From positions 597 to 64,596 of the forward strand of contig JBAXUB010000005.1 of assembly GCA_037129895.1 (NCBI GenBank): 64,000 nucleotides of DNA, given 5' to 3'. This DNA comes from Candidatus Tayloriibacteriota bacterium (GTDB lineage Bacteria; Patescibacteriota; Minisyncoccia; Phycocordibacterales; PALSA-1337). Within the stretch, counting starts at the first letter, position 1. Each line of letters begins with the position of its first letter. Both the position numbers and the translations under genes were made by a program. The notes below the pieces were generated by a model. The model was not told the origin of the DNA and made no database searches. It saw nothing but the letters and a program-made list of their open reading frames with translations. Below are positions 35,970 to 45,562 of this stretch, in pieces.

Positions 35970-37715
35970 TTAATTCTTGTTTGCGAATACGCTCCAAATA
36001 TTTGCTGTCTGGATGTACCAATCACTGACGGAGTTCCATCGATCAGTGGGGATTGTTATATCTTGTAATTTTATGTTTTTCAATTCTTTTGGTACTACGT
36101 ATATGAAATTTGGTGAATATAGGAATATCGCGGGGATGTCAGTTGAGATATTGTCTTCAAATTGGGCATATTTCATCGTGCGTGTCACATCGTCATTTGT
36201 AGTTCGTATATCTTCTAGAAGTTTGTCTACTTTGCTATTCGTATATAGAGCGATGTTCAGTCCCGGTGCTTTGATCTGAGAAGAGTGCCAGAATGCGTAT
36301 AGGTCTTGGTCTTTGCCTATGAGCTCGCCGAATAGTAGAGAGTCATATTTTCTAGTGCGTATGACGTTCTGGTATAGATCGCTCGCATTGAATACTCGGA
36401 GATTGACTTGTGCACCTAGTTTCGTCCAAGAATCTTTGACCATCTGAGCCGCCTGTTTCAAGTCGGCTGTGTCAGCTGTGTATATATCGAATGAGATATT
36501 CTGGACTGCACCTTTTGAATTTTTCTTTGAATATATTCCAGAAGCAGCATCGATTTTCCAGCCATTTTTCTCTAGTAATGATTTTGCACCTGCAATATCG
36601 ATACCAGGTGTTACTTTTCCATTGTCTGTCTCAATATTCGAAGGTAGAGGACTATCGATAGGTACTCCATAACCAGAAAGTACTGTATTCACGATAGCTT
36701 TTCTATCTATAGACATATCGAGAGCCTGTCTCACGATCTTGTCAGCCAAGACTGGGGCTTGGTTCTGATTGAAGAAGACACCAAATATTCTAGGTAGAGA
36801 TGATTGGAGTACGGTGTATGGTTGTGCTTTATTTGACGCCAATTTCACAGCTTCTGTTGCGGAGACTGTGGCCAAACTAGTGATAGTGCCATTGTCTAGA
36901 GCAGACAGGGCTTTGTCTTCGTCTGCGTAGAATGAAAAAAGAATATTACTCAAATAGGGCTTTTTTCCATAATAGCCACTCCATGTTGAGAGTGTGAAAT
37001 TGGTTGGTATACCTGTTGAATCATAGTCGATACCAGAAACCTTGTATGGTCCAGAACCTATAGGATCAATATTGTAATGACTGAAAATGAATTGGTCGTC
37101 ATTTATCGTATTCCAGATATGTTTTGGTAGTATGCCAAGCGTTGTGTTAGTCAGAAAAGGTGAATAGGCTTGTTTCAAAATAAAACGTATCTCTTTCGGA
37201 GAAGTTGCTTGGACCGTGACATTCGACCAGTCAGATTTCCTAGGACTTTTCAGTGTAGGATCTTGGATTTTCTGAATAGTGAAGACGATGTCGTCAGTAG
37301 TCATGAGAGTACCATCTTGGAAACGAACATCATCACGGAGTGTGAAAGTATATGTTAGTCCGTCGTCAGAGATCTTGTATGATTTTGCTAGGTCGGTAGT
37401 GAGTTCACCGTCGTTCCATTTCATGAGGCCTGAATAGACCAAACTGGCAATATCACGATCTATATCATTGATAGCTAGTACAGGATTCACATTTCTAGGA
37501 AGGCCGATCATACCTTCGCGGAGTTCACCGCCATAAGCCGGAACTTGGATCATGAAATATGAGTTGATACTCCCAGTCATCATGATCGTCGTTACGAGTG
37601 CTGCCAAGATGAATATACTATAAACAGCCTTCTCGGTAGCTGAGAATTGTTTGATGTAGCTTATGATTTTCGAGCTTTTCTTGAAGCCCAACTCTTTTGG
37701 GGATGTTTCGGTCAC
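35970..37715 (-). CDS. ABC transporter substrate-binding protein, family 5 (peptide/nickel), membrane-anchored
   Basis: It has the SBP_bac_5 pattern and length, with an N-terminal TM helix. Confidence 0.65.
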   Translation of the reverse strand: MTETSPKELGFKKSSKIISYIKQFSATEKAVYSIFILAALVTTIMMTGSINSYFMIQVPAYGGELREGMIGLPRNVNPVLAINDIDRDIASLVYSGLMKWNDGELTTDLAKSYKISDDGLTYTFTLRDDVRFQDGTLMTTDDIVFTIQKIQDPTLKSPRKSDWSNVTVQATSPKEIRFILKQAYSPFLTNTTLGILPKHIWNTINDDQFIFSHYNIDPIGSGPYKVSGIDYDSTGIPTNFTLSTWSGYYGKKPYLSNILFSFYADEDKALSALDNGTITSLATVSATEAVKLASNKAQPYTVLQSSLPRIFGVFFNQNQAPVLADKIVRQALDMSIDRKAIVNTVLSGYGVPIDSPLPSNIETDNGKVTPGIDIAGAKSLLEKNGWKIDAASGIYSKKNSKGAVQNISFDIYTADTADLKQAAQMVKDSWTKLGAQVNLRVFNASDLYQNVIRTRKYDSLLFGELIGKDQDLYAFWHSSQIKAPGLNIALYTNSKVDKLLEDIRTTNDDVTRTMKYAQFEDNISTDIPAIFLYSPNFIYVVPKELKNIKLQDITIPTDRWNSVSDWYIQTANIWSVFANKN

Positions 37716-37839
37716 GATAATAAAAGTATAAAATATTAGGAATTAAGTATCGATATTATTGCGATGCTAATATACGAATGCATACCAATGATACGAGTAA
37801 TCGCAACGCCAAAACTGGTACTTTGATTCTATAAGGTGT

Positions 37840-38061
37840 TTATATAAGGTTAAGTAGAGCTGAAACAGCGAACAGGATAGCGACTACAATGGTTATAATG
37901 AATAGAATCTTCTCCATGCCGCGTCTCGTATGGAATGCTGAGCTGAAGTTATCGTTTCCTCCAAATGCACCGCCTACTTGAGCACCAGTTCTTTGGAGCA
38001 GTATTATAGCGACCAAAACAACGGACAGAATGATCTGGATGTAAGGGAGGAGGGACTTCAT
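37840..38061 (-). CDS. secG: Preprotein translocase subunit SecG
   Basis: It is 73 aa with two TM segments and LLQRTGAQVGGAFGG...RRGMEK motifs. Confidence 0.75.
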   Translation of the reverse strand: MKSLLPYIQIILSVVLVAIILLQRTGAQVGGAFGGNDNFSSAFHTRRGMEKILFIITIVVAILFAVSALLNLI

Positions 38062-38184
38062 TGGTATTTATACTAGCATATGTGACATTTTGGTGCAACC
38101 TGTGCACTTGTATTCAGATATCTATGTTATAATTTGACGAGTATTAGACAATTTGGGCATTTTATTAAATTTAATTATTTTATT

Positions 38185-39135
38185 ATGAAGCACGCACCAC
38201 TATTGGCAGTTACAGTCTTAGCTCTTGGGATTTTCGGACTATTCATAGTCAACAATGTACCATCTCGATCGGTCGCTACTAGTGGCGTGTTAGTCTGCCC
38301 AGAAGGTTATATATGTGAGAAGGTAGCCATCGATTGTCCATCAGGTTACTCATGTCAGCCGATAAACTCAGTTGCTGTTTCAGACGTTCCTCCAAGTGAT
38401 TTCGTTTCTGATGATGTTGCCGCAGTATCGAGTGCAGTAAATTCTCTGCAAAACATATCACAGAATCCGATCGGTACTCTCGGATATTATGCTATAAGTG
38501 GCGGATATAAGGTCTCTGGTGCGGGAAAACCTCTGACTTATACATGTGGAGCGAGTCAGTATTATGATAGCAATACAAAGAAGTGTACAGCCAATCCCAG
38601 TGCTATCCCAACTATTACAGTAGCTACTCCTGCAACTATATATACAAACCTGAATGGTGAAAAGACTGTATCTGGTAAGAAGGTGAGTGCGTCCCTAGAT
38701 GGTACTAAAGTCACAAACCTATGTCAGAATCCAGTGAAATTGACGACCGCTAAGACGTTAGCAACATTATTGACTGCCAATGGTATTCAGAATGACTTCA
38801 TGAATAATTCTAGGTTGCTCATTTTGAACCCAACAGCTACGAAGGAGAGTTTTACTCCTGATTGGTTCCAGAGCCGTTTGAGTTCTCAAACGATCGATCA
38901 CACTATATATTTCTGGAATGGTGAGGTGAGCGTCACTCAGCCAAGCACTATCAATACATTTGATATCAATGATTGGAGTGACCCAGAATTTCAGAGTCTG
39001 CTATCTCACTTACAGTTATCATCGAATTTCCTATATAAGTGTCTAGATGCTGGTTATACGTCGAATTTTACACCATGGCAGCATATGTTCTTTTCGGCGA
39101 TGGCAGGATTACGTAAACAAGGTTTGGTTCAGTAA
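38185..39135 (+). CDS. Secreted hypothetical protein with CPxGYxC motifs. Its C-terminal domain is paralogous to that of 40442..42001.
   Basis: A signal peptide begins at the internal ATG. The shared C-terminal block is NGIQ(N/D)D(F/Y)MNNSR(L/I)L...DWS(D/N)P(E/Q)FQ. Confidence 0.5.
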   Translation: MKHAPLLAVTVLALGIFGLFIVNNVPSRSVATSGVLVCPEGYICEKVAIDCPSGYSCQPINSVAVSDVPPSDFVSDDVAAVSSAVNSLQNISQNPIGTLGYYAISGGYKVSGAGKPLTYTCGASQYYDSNTKKCTANPSAIPTITVATPATIYTNLNGEKTVSGKKVSASLDGTKVTNLCQNPVKLTTAKTLATLLTANGIQNDFMNNSRLLILNPTATKESFTPDWFQSRLSSQTIDHTIYFWNGEVSVTQPSTINTFDINDWSDPEFQSLLSHLQLSSNFLYKCLDAGYTSNFTPWQHMFFSAMAGLRKQGLVQ

Positions 39136-39210
39136 GTTGTGGTTGATATAGGCCGAGCATTTTTCCTATAAACTTTCGTCATTAATAATTATCAAATTAA
39201 ATTTAATTAA

Positions 39211-40410
39211 ATGAATAAAAAATATAACATTTTTGCAGTCCTTTCGATCGTCGCTTTATCAGTCTTGATTTCTGTGGATTCAGTGAAGGCTCAAACCGTC
39301 ATGGCTGATGGTGCGATCTGTCCAGCACGTGCGGTTTGTGTAAAAAATAAGACGACAAGTGCTGCGGCTTCAACTTATGTTCCTGGAACGTGGACAAGTC
39401 AATACTTCGGGCTTACACAGGAGCAAGTAAATATTTGGAAAGCTTCCAATGGAAGTGAACCTCTGAATATTGACTATGGTAATGTTTCTTCTCAGGCTCA
39501 ATATGAGACACCTGTCAGTTCTATGACAGCTGAGCAGTATCAGGCCAATGAGGCAGCACGTACTGCGAACAATGCGACATTACGAACGACGTTGGCTAAT
39601 GCCACAACCAATGTTATGAATGTTCCGGCCTCTCAGTATTTGGCTATTTCATGTAAATACGCGGGTTGCTACTACACAGGGGCAAAGATCATCAATACTG
39701 GAGTGTGCAAGAATCAAACGACTTTTGAGGCAGCAAATCGTGCTGCAGATATAGCAGGTTTGAGTCAGTCAGCACGTGCCGCGATCATTAGCCCATCAAC
39801 ACTGCATATGAGATATGGCGGAACAGAAGGGTCGATCGATACAAGATACTTTTCTATTATTACGGCTGCTGGAACTAGTCAGTCTCCATATCCTGCAAAT
39901 AAAATGTATGTCTTTGATCTGTGTCTAGATCCAAATTATATTTCCAATGTGCCAGCTGGTTATGACAAGTCGGCAATAATAACGATGAACACACCGAAGA
40001 CTCAGTTAATAGTATTACCAGATGCGACTCAGTCTAGTGTTCAAATCGCTGGAGTAAACACGCCGAGATCGTTCAGTCTGACTTCAAAGTCATATAGTGC
40101 TGGAAATACCACCGTATATATTTTCCACGTTGATAATATCCAACAGATTGTGCCGAATGAGCAAGGAGTATCTATCAATGGTTCAGTTGTTGCTGCCAAG
40201 TTGGCTTCAATGGGTTATAGGATGGCGACAAAGACTGAAGCTTTTGCGATCCAGTCTATCGCCGGTGCTGATGCTGATGGTGTGAAATTGATAGGTGAAG
40301 CGAATGGCTACGCAACTCTGGTTATGAGCAATCTATGTCCTGGTAGTAACTGTGTCGGTTCCTCCGGCCTTATATACAACGGAGACAAGGTGGCAGCAGT
40401 TAAATTGTAA
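39211..40410 (+). CDS. Secreted hypothetical protein (399 aa)
   Basis: It has a signal peptide and no recognisable domain. Confidence 0.45.
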   Translation: MNKKYNIFAVLSIVALSVLISVDSVKAQTVMADGAICPARAVCVKNKTTSAAASTYVPGTWTSQYFGLTQEQVNIWKASNGSEPLNIDYGNVSSQAQYETPVSSMTAEQYQANEAARTANNATLRTTLANATTNVMNVPASQYLAISCKYAGCYYTGAKIINTGVCKNQTTFEAANRAADIAGLSQSARAAIISPSTLHMRYGGTEGSIDTRYFSIITAAGTSQSPYPANKMYVFDLCLDPNYISNVPAGYDKSAIITMNTPKTQLIVLPDATQSSVQIAGVNTPRSFSLTSKSYSAGNTTVYIFHVDNIQQIVPNEQGVSINGSVVAAKLASMGYRMATKTEAFAIQSIAGADADGVKLIGEANGYATLVMSNLCPGSNCVGSSGLIYNGDKVAAVKL

Positions 40411-40441
40411 TAATTAATAAAATTTTATAAAATTATTAATT

Positions 40442-42001
40442 ATGAATTATGAATCCATGAAAAAAATTCTTTACACAACGTTTGCCACAGCCATGATAGT
40501 ATCCGCTGCTATACAGACTCCAGTATTTGCCCTAGAAGGAGATTATGCTCCGTCTAGCGCATCATCTCAATCTCTTTGCACAGTATTTTCTGGAGACATT
40601 GCCTTTGGATCATCGGGAGATAATGTTACGAAATTGCAAGATTATCTATCAGTTACTGGGTATTTCAATACTGAGTCTACTGGATATTTTGGAAATGTGA
40701 CATTGAATGCAGTGAAGAATTATCAGACAGCTCACAATTTCGTCTCGACAGGCTATGTTGGTCCTTTGACTAGAGGTGCTATTCAGTCAGAGAGTTGTGG
40801 AACTGCTTCTGGTGCAAGTTCCGGATCAACTGGTGCTTCTCTTGGTTCAGTGACATGTCCAGCAGGCTACAATTGTACAGCCACTACTCAAACTCCAGTT
40901 GCCTGTCCTCTAGGTTATGTCTGTACTCCACAAACTACGACTTCTGGTGTGGTCGGCGCGACATATGTTCAGGGATCATTCTATAGGACATATCTGAGTG
41001 GTTCAGGAAGTAGTAGGACGATTACGAATGCAACTGGAACAACTGTTACGAACGGCACAACTTCTGCTGCGGCGAATTCTTCATCAACAATTCTGACCAC
41101 TCCATCAAGTCAGGTTGTAACAATACCGGTTGTGAGTAGTCTGGGAGTTGATGATGGTGTACCAAACCCATTTGCTGGTATGAATTTGAGTACAGATGTA
41201 AATAAGATATACGCGGTTGTCGGGGCGGATTATGTCGTCCCCGCAATCGGAAAAGCGATCATTCCAAAATGTAAGGACAATCAGTTCTGGTATGACAAGA
41301 CTCATGGTTGTGTGAATAATTTCATCACTCCTCTGCCTATGGACACGAGTGTAACAGTCGAAAACACTTCAGTTTCTACGAATGATCCATATTGTATAGG
41401 CAAGAGCAATGTTGATACTGATAACAACATCCGCACACTGACTGAATATTGGAAATGTGTTATGGGCGAGGCCAATAGTGTGACGAATTACAAGAATCCG
41501 TGGATAAGTAAAAGTAATCTGATCGGGGTAAAGACCTTCGGTTTAGCCAATAATCTCAGTTCGAACTTCTGTAAGAATGCTGTTAGTCTGTCTGTTGCAA
41601 AACAACTGTCAGCGACGAATGCAGCTAGTGGCATTCAGGATGACTATATGAATAATTCTAGGATACTATTGGTCAATGATGGAGTTAGTTTGTCTTGGCT
41701 TCAGGCACAGATGTTCTATATGGTGAACAATCATAGTGGAAATAACTGGGATGGATCAAAGAGGTATGAACCATATATCAATAGTGATGGATTAGAAGAT
41801 TCAAAATTTTATACTCCGAACACGAATGATTGGTCAAATCCACAATTCCAGGCTTTACTCAAGAATTTCCAAATGCCAGCTGTTGGTGGTATAGCAAAGT
41901 GTCTCGATGCCGATTACAAATCAAATTTCTGGGGTACACCTTGGGCTAGTCATTATCAGAGATATTTGATAGATCTGAAGCAACAGGGATTATTGAGATA
42001 G
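40442..42001 (+). CDS. Secreted protein with a peptidoglycan-binding domain, CPxGYxC motifs and a C-terminal domain paralogous to that of 38185..39135
   Basis: It has a PG_binding_1-like stretch (GDNVTKLQDYLSVTGYF...VKNYQTAHNF) and a signal peptide. Confidence 0.5.
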   Translation: MNYESMKKILYTTFATAMIVSAAIQTPVFALEGDYAPSSASSQSLCTVFSGDIAFGSSGDNVTKLQDYLSVTGYFNTESTGYFGNVTLNAVKNYQTAHNFVSTGYVGPLTRGAIQSESCGTASGASSGSTGASLGSVTCPAGYNCTATTQTPVACPLGYVCTPQTTTSGVVGATYVQGSFYRTYLSGSGSSRTITNATGTTVTNGTTSAAANSSSTILTTPSSQVVTIPVVSSLGVDDGVPNPFAGMNLSTDVNKIYAVVGADYVVPAIGKAIIPKCKDNQFWYDKTHGCVNNFITPLPMDTSVTVENTSVSTNDPYCIGKSNVDTDNNIRTLTEYWKCVMGEANSVTNYKNPWISKSNLIGVKTFGLANNLSSNFCKNAVSLSVAKQLSATNAASGIQDDYMNNSRILLVNDGVSLSWLQAQMFYMVNNHSGNNWDGSKRYEPYINSDGLEDSKFYTPNTNDWSNPQFQALLKNFQMPAVGGIAKCLDADYKSNFWGTPWASHYQRYLIDLKQQGLLR

Positions 42002-42086
42002 GTCGACAGACATCATCTACCGTATAAAGTGTAAGGTGATCAATCTCGAGTGTATCTTTTTCTGAATTTTCTGATATTCTGTAATT

Positions 42087-43010
42087 ATGGCATTAGATAA
42101 ACAAGAAATAGAATCAAAGATCGCCGAACTTGAGGCCCTGATGGCTTCCGGCGATTTTTGGTCTGACAAAGTGAAAGCGCAAGCCAAGATAAAGGAGTTG
42201 CAAAATCTGAAGGATAGTTTGGCCGGACTCGGTAAATACGATAGAGGGAATGCAATACTTTCGATCCTCTCTGGTGCAGGTGGTGATGATGCGGAGGACT
42301 TTTCTGCGATGCTACTTCGGATGTATAGGCGCTATGCTGAGGGTAAAGGCTGGGGTTGGTCCCTCATACATTCGAATGAAAATGATCACGGCGGGTATAG
42401 AAACGTAACTGTCGAAATTACAGGGAAGAGTGGCGGCGTGACAACTGATGATGGAGGGAGTTTGGGTGCGTATGGAACTCTCAAAAATGAGTCAGGAGTT
42501 CATAGATTGGTCCGCATCTCTCCATTCAATGCCAATCAGAAACGACAAACGTCATTTTCGATGGTTGAGGTTATACCAGAATTCGAAAAGACTTCGGCAG
42601 GTGATCTACATATTCCTGATAGCGATCTAGAGGTCAGTATCGCAAAGTCTGGCGGTCCAGGAGGGCAAAATGTCAATAAAAGGGAAACAGCGGTACGTCT
42701 CGTCCATAAACCGACTAGCATCTCAATACATGTGACATCTGAACGTTCTCAAGCTCAGAACCGTGAGAAAGCTATGGATATATTACGTGGAAAGTTGTGG
42801 AAGAAAATGGAGGACGAAAGGATTGCCAGAGAAAAGGGCATGCAGATCTCCTCGACTACTGCTATCGAGTGGGGCAATCAGATCCGCTCATATGTTATGC
42901 ATCCGTATAAGATGGTCAAGGATCATCGGAATGATCATGAGACGACACAAGTTGATAAGGTGCTAGAGGGTGACTTGCAGGAGTTTATAGAAGCGGAGAA
43001 GAGTTTATAA
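42087..43010 (+). CDS. prfB: Peptide chain release factor 2-like protein with a shortened N-terminal domain 1
   Basis: It has SPF and GGQ motifs. It is only 307 aa. No upstream frameshifted ORF is present. Confidence 0.65.
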   Translation: MALDKQEIESKIAELEALMASGDFWSDKVKAQAKIKELQNLKDSLAGLGKYDRGNAILSILSGAGGDDAEDFSAMLLRMYRRYAEGKGWGWSLIHSNENDHGGYRNVTVEITGKSGGVTTDDGGSLGAYGTLKNESGVHRLVRISPFNANQKRQTSFSMVEVIPEFEKTSAGDLHIPDSDLEVSIAKSGGPGGQNVNKRETAVRLVHKPTSISIHVTSERSQAQNREKAMDILRGKLWKKMEDERIAREKGMQISSTTAIEWGNQIRSYVMHPYKMVKDHRNDHETTQVDKVLEGDLQEFIEAEKSL

Positions 43011-43039
43011 TTCACACTTAGTACGCTATACTGTTACAC

Positions 43040-43720
43040 ATGATCTACTACGACAAAGTCACGAAAATATATCCTGACAAGTCAGTTGCGCTTGATTCAG
43101 TCAGTTTTGGTGTTGAACCAAAGGAATTCGTGACGATCGTGGGGCACTCTGGTGCGGGCAAGACAACTCTCATGAAGATGCTCATAGCAGAGGATTGGCC
43201 AACAGAAGGAGCTGTATTTCTAGAATCCAGTAATATTCACAAATTGAATAAGAGAGAGATGAGTAAGTTGCGACGCAGGATCGGCACAGTTTTTCAAGAT
43301 TATAGATTACTACCAAACAAGACCGTCTATGAAAATATCGCTTTTGCTATGGAAGCAACTGGCAGGTCTGATAGTGAGATAGCTGCTGATGTTCCGCACG
43401 TTCTCGAACTCGTCGATCTCGGCCACAAGATATGGAATTTTCCGAGAGAACTGTCCGGTGGTGAACGTCAGCGTGTGGCTATTGCGAGAGCGATCGTTAC
43501 ACAACCTGATATCGTGATCGCTGATGAGCCTACTGGTAACCTCGATCCTACAAATACTTATGAAATTATTCGTATTTTACAGAAAATCAATGAACTTGGT
43601 ACCACTGTTCTGTTAACCACTCATAACAAAGGTGTTGTCGATAAGGTTGGCGGTCGTGTCATAACGATGGAGAAAGGGAAGGTGATAAGAGATGATAAGG
43701 CAGGTAAATATATTCTATAA
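43040..43720 (+). CDS. ftsE: Cell division ATP-binding protein FtsE
   Basis: It has Walker A (GHSGAGKTT), LSGGERQ and Walker B motifs. Confidence 0.8.
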   Translation: MIYYDKVTKIYPDKSVALDSVSFGVEPKEFVTIVGHSGAGKTTLMKMLIAEDWPTEGAVFLESSNIHKLNKREMSKLRRRIGTVFQDYRLLPNKTVYENIAFAMEATGRSDSEIAADVPHVLELVDLGHKIWNFPRELSGGERQRVAIARAIVTQPDIVIADEPTGNLDPTNTYEIIRILQKINELGTTVLLTTHNKGVVDKVGGRVITMEKGKVIRDDKAGKYIL

Positions 43721-43733
43721 TAATAAACTTTAT

Positions 43734-44690
43734 ATGGTATTCACAACATTCAAGAGAATTACTAGAACAGGCTTCGTAAATTTCTGGAGAAATGGGTTTC
43801 TTTCTTTTGCTGCGATAGTAGTTCTCACACTCGCATTACTTTCATTTGGTAGCATCATCTTTCTAGGCGCATTCGGTAGGGCACTCATAGCTGATGTAAA
43901 GGATAAAGTAGATATCAATGTATATTTCGCTCTGTCTGCTCCTCTGCAGGATATGTTGGCGGTGCAGTCAGATCTCAAACGTTTGCCAGAGGTTGCTAGC
44001 ACGACATTTATCTCGAGCGATCAAGTTTTGGTCAATTTCAAAGCAAAGTGGCAAGATAATACTTTGATCATGCAAGGACTCGAGGAGATCGGAGACAATC
44101 CATTTCCAGCAACCTTGAATGTAAAAGCGAAAGATCCTGGTCAATATGGAGGTATCACTCAGTACTTACAGAACAAGGATCTGACAATGACTGATGGCAC
44201 ACCGCTCATCGAGAAGGTCAATTATGAACAGAATAAACTGATCATTGATAGACTAGGTACGATCATACCTGCGATAGAGAAAGCCGGATCGATCACAGGG
44301 TTCATCATGGTAGTAGTCGCTATCATCGTTGTATTCAATACGATCAGACTCATTGTATATACTTCAAAAGATGAAATCTCAGTTATGAAACTAGTTGGTG
44401 CAAGTAATATATATGTGAGAGGTCCTCTGGTTGTTTCTGGTGTGATGTATGGCATCATCTCAGGCGTCATAACGCTCATATTGATGGCCGCGTTCTCGTA
44501 TTGGAGTGATGTAGTCATATTACGGTTCGCCGGTGTAGAGATAGCCGCGAATTTTGAATTAGTGGTAAATGTGTTGTCAAAATATTTTTCGGCAAATTTC
44601 AGTCAGATATTTATATTGATTATGGGTGCTGGTGTGGTGCTCGGCGCTCTATCTAGTTACGTTGCAGCTAGGAGGTATCTCAAGGTTTAA
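43734..44690 (+). CDS. ftsX: Cell division permease FtsX
   Basis: It has four TM segments and the FtsX-like extracellular domain. The start was set at the ATG just after the ftsE stop. Confidence 0.7.
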   Translation: MVFTTFKRITRTGFVNFWRNGFLSFAAIVVLTLALLSFGSIIFLGAFGRALIADVKDKVDINVYFALSAPLQDMLAVQSDLKRLPEVASTTFISSDQVLVNFKAKWQDNTLIMQGLEEIGDNPFPATLNVKAKDPGQYGGITQYLQNKDLTMTDGTPLIEKVNYEQNKLIIDRLGTIIPAIEKAGSITGFIMVVVAIIVVFNTIRLIVYTSKDEISVMKLVGASNIYVRGPLVVSGVMYGIISGVITLILMAAFSYWSDVVILRFAGVEIAANFELVVNVLSKYFSANFSQIFILIMGAGVVLGALSSYVAARRYLKV

Positions 44691-44691
44691 A

Positions 44692-44720
44692 TAAAAAAAC
44701 CGCCAGTGTAATGCTGGCGG
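44692..44720 (-). terminator. Rho-independent terminator for the minus-strand gene (CCGCCAG...CTGGCGG, with the T-run on the minus strand)
   Basis: Read directly from the sequence. Confidence 0.5.
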
Positions 44721-44751
44721 CTGAAGGAGCGAAATCAGCGCGATTGCTAGA

Positions 44752-45453
44752 TCAAGCAGCTCCCATAGCGAGCTGGTGGCTGACGGTATCTTCTTCGACT
44801 CTAATCCAGTCGAGGACGACATTCTTGGTTGGGGAATGCCGGACGATTTCTTGTCTCGGACTCAAGTCCTTGGGAATGACACAGATGAATGTGTGCATCT
44901 CCCGAAATGTCTGGAGGCCGGGGTACGACTCCGTTGTCGGTTCGCCTGGTTCATACATATCGATCGCGACTATAGCGCCGGTACCCAAAGGGCAGATCCC
45001 CTCTGTAATTTCCCGAACCGCCGCCTGTAGTGGCTCTTCGTCTGGGCGAGGATAGACTCGAGTAAAGTTGCACTCAATGCCGAGTTTGTCCTTGATGCAG
45101 CGTATGGCCGCGGCAAAGGTGTCGATCTCACCAACCCTCATCTTGCCACAGATACTGTTTTGTCTTGGCTGTACGTTCCTGTTGCCGATCGAGCGCTTCT
45201 TTTCACAGAGCATCTCGATCTCGCCGTCGTCATCAACTGTGCAAACGGCGATGAGTACATTCTTGACGTACCTGTCTGCACCATAGCCGCCGCCGTCCTT
45301 ATGTACGATGGCGACCTGGCTGAGCTCTGTCTGAACCTCGAGATGTAGATCTTCTACAGTCTTCGGGGTTTTCCATTTTTCGAATGGCACATGGGCATTT
45401 TTCAATTCCTTTCGGAATTCTAACAGGCTTATCTTTCTAGTTAATATAGTCAT
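44752..45453 (-). CDS. Hypothetical protein (233 aa), possibly a Nudix-fold-like protein. Its GC content (~52%) is clearly above the local average.
   Basis: It has a degenerate GX5E...R(C)...(DK)LGIE segment. The compositional contrast was read by eye. Confidence 0.35.
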   Translation of the reverse strand: MTILTRKISLLEFRKELKNAHVPFEKWKTPKTVEDLHLEVQTELSQVAIVHKDGGGYGADRYVKNVLIAVCTVDDDGEIEMLCEKKRSIGNRNVQPRQNSICGKMRVGEIDTFAAAIRCIKDKLGIECNFTRVYPRPDEEPLQAAVREITEGICPLGTGAIVAIDMYEPGEPTTESYPGLQTFREMHTFICVIPKDLSPRQEIVRHSPTKNVVLDWIRVEEDTVSHQLAMGAA

Positions 45454-45562
45454 GTTCTCCTAGTATTTGTTTTTTGGTCTGTTTACTGTCTGTGCGTAAT
45501 CCTACACAAAAATTGGGAAAAGTCAAGGTGACAAGTCAGCCAGTCTTTCATAGAATGGACGG

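Noticed and set aside
42030-42100. Programmed +1 frameshift upstream of prfB
   Set aside because: In-frame stops lie at 42063 and 42072, and no upstream ORF in any frame ends in a CUU-UGA-type shift site. The gene simply starts at 42087.
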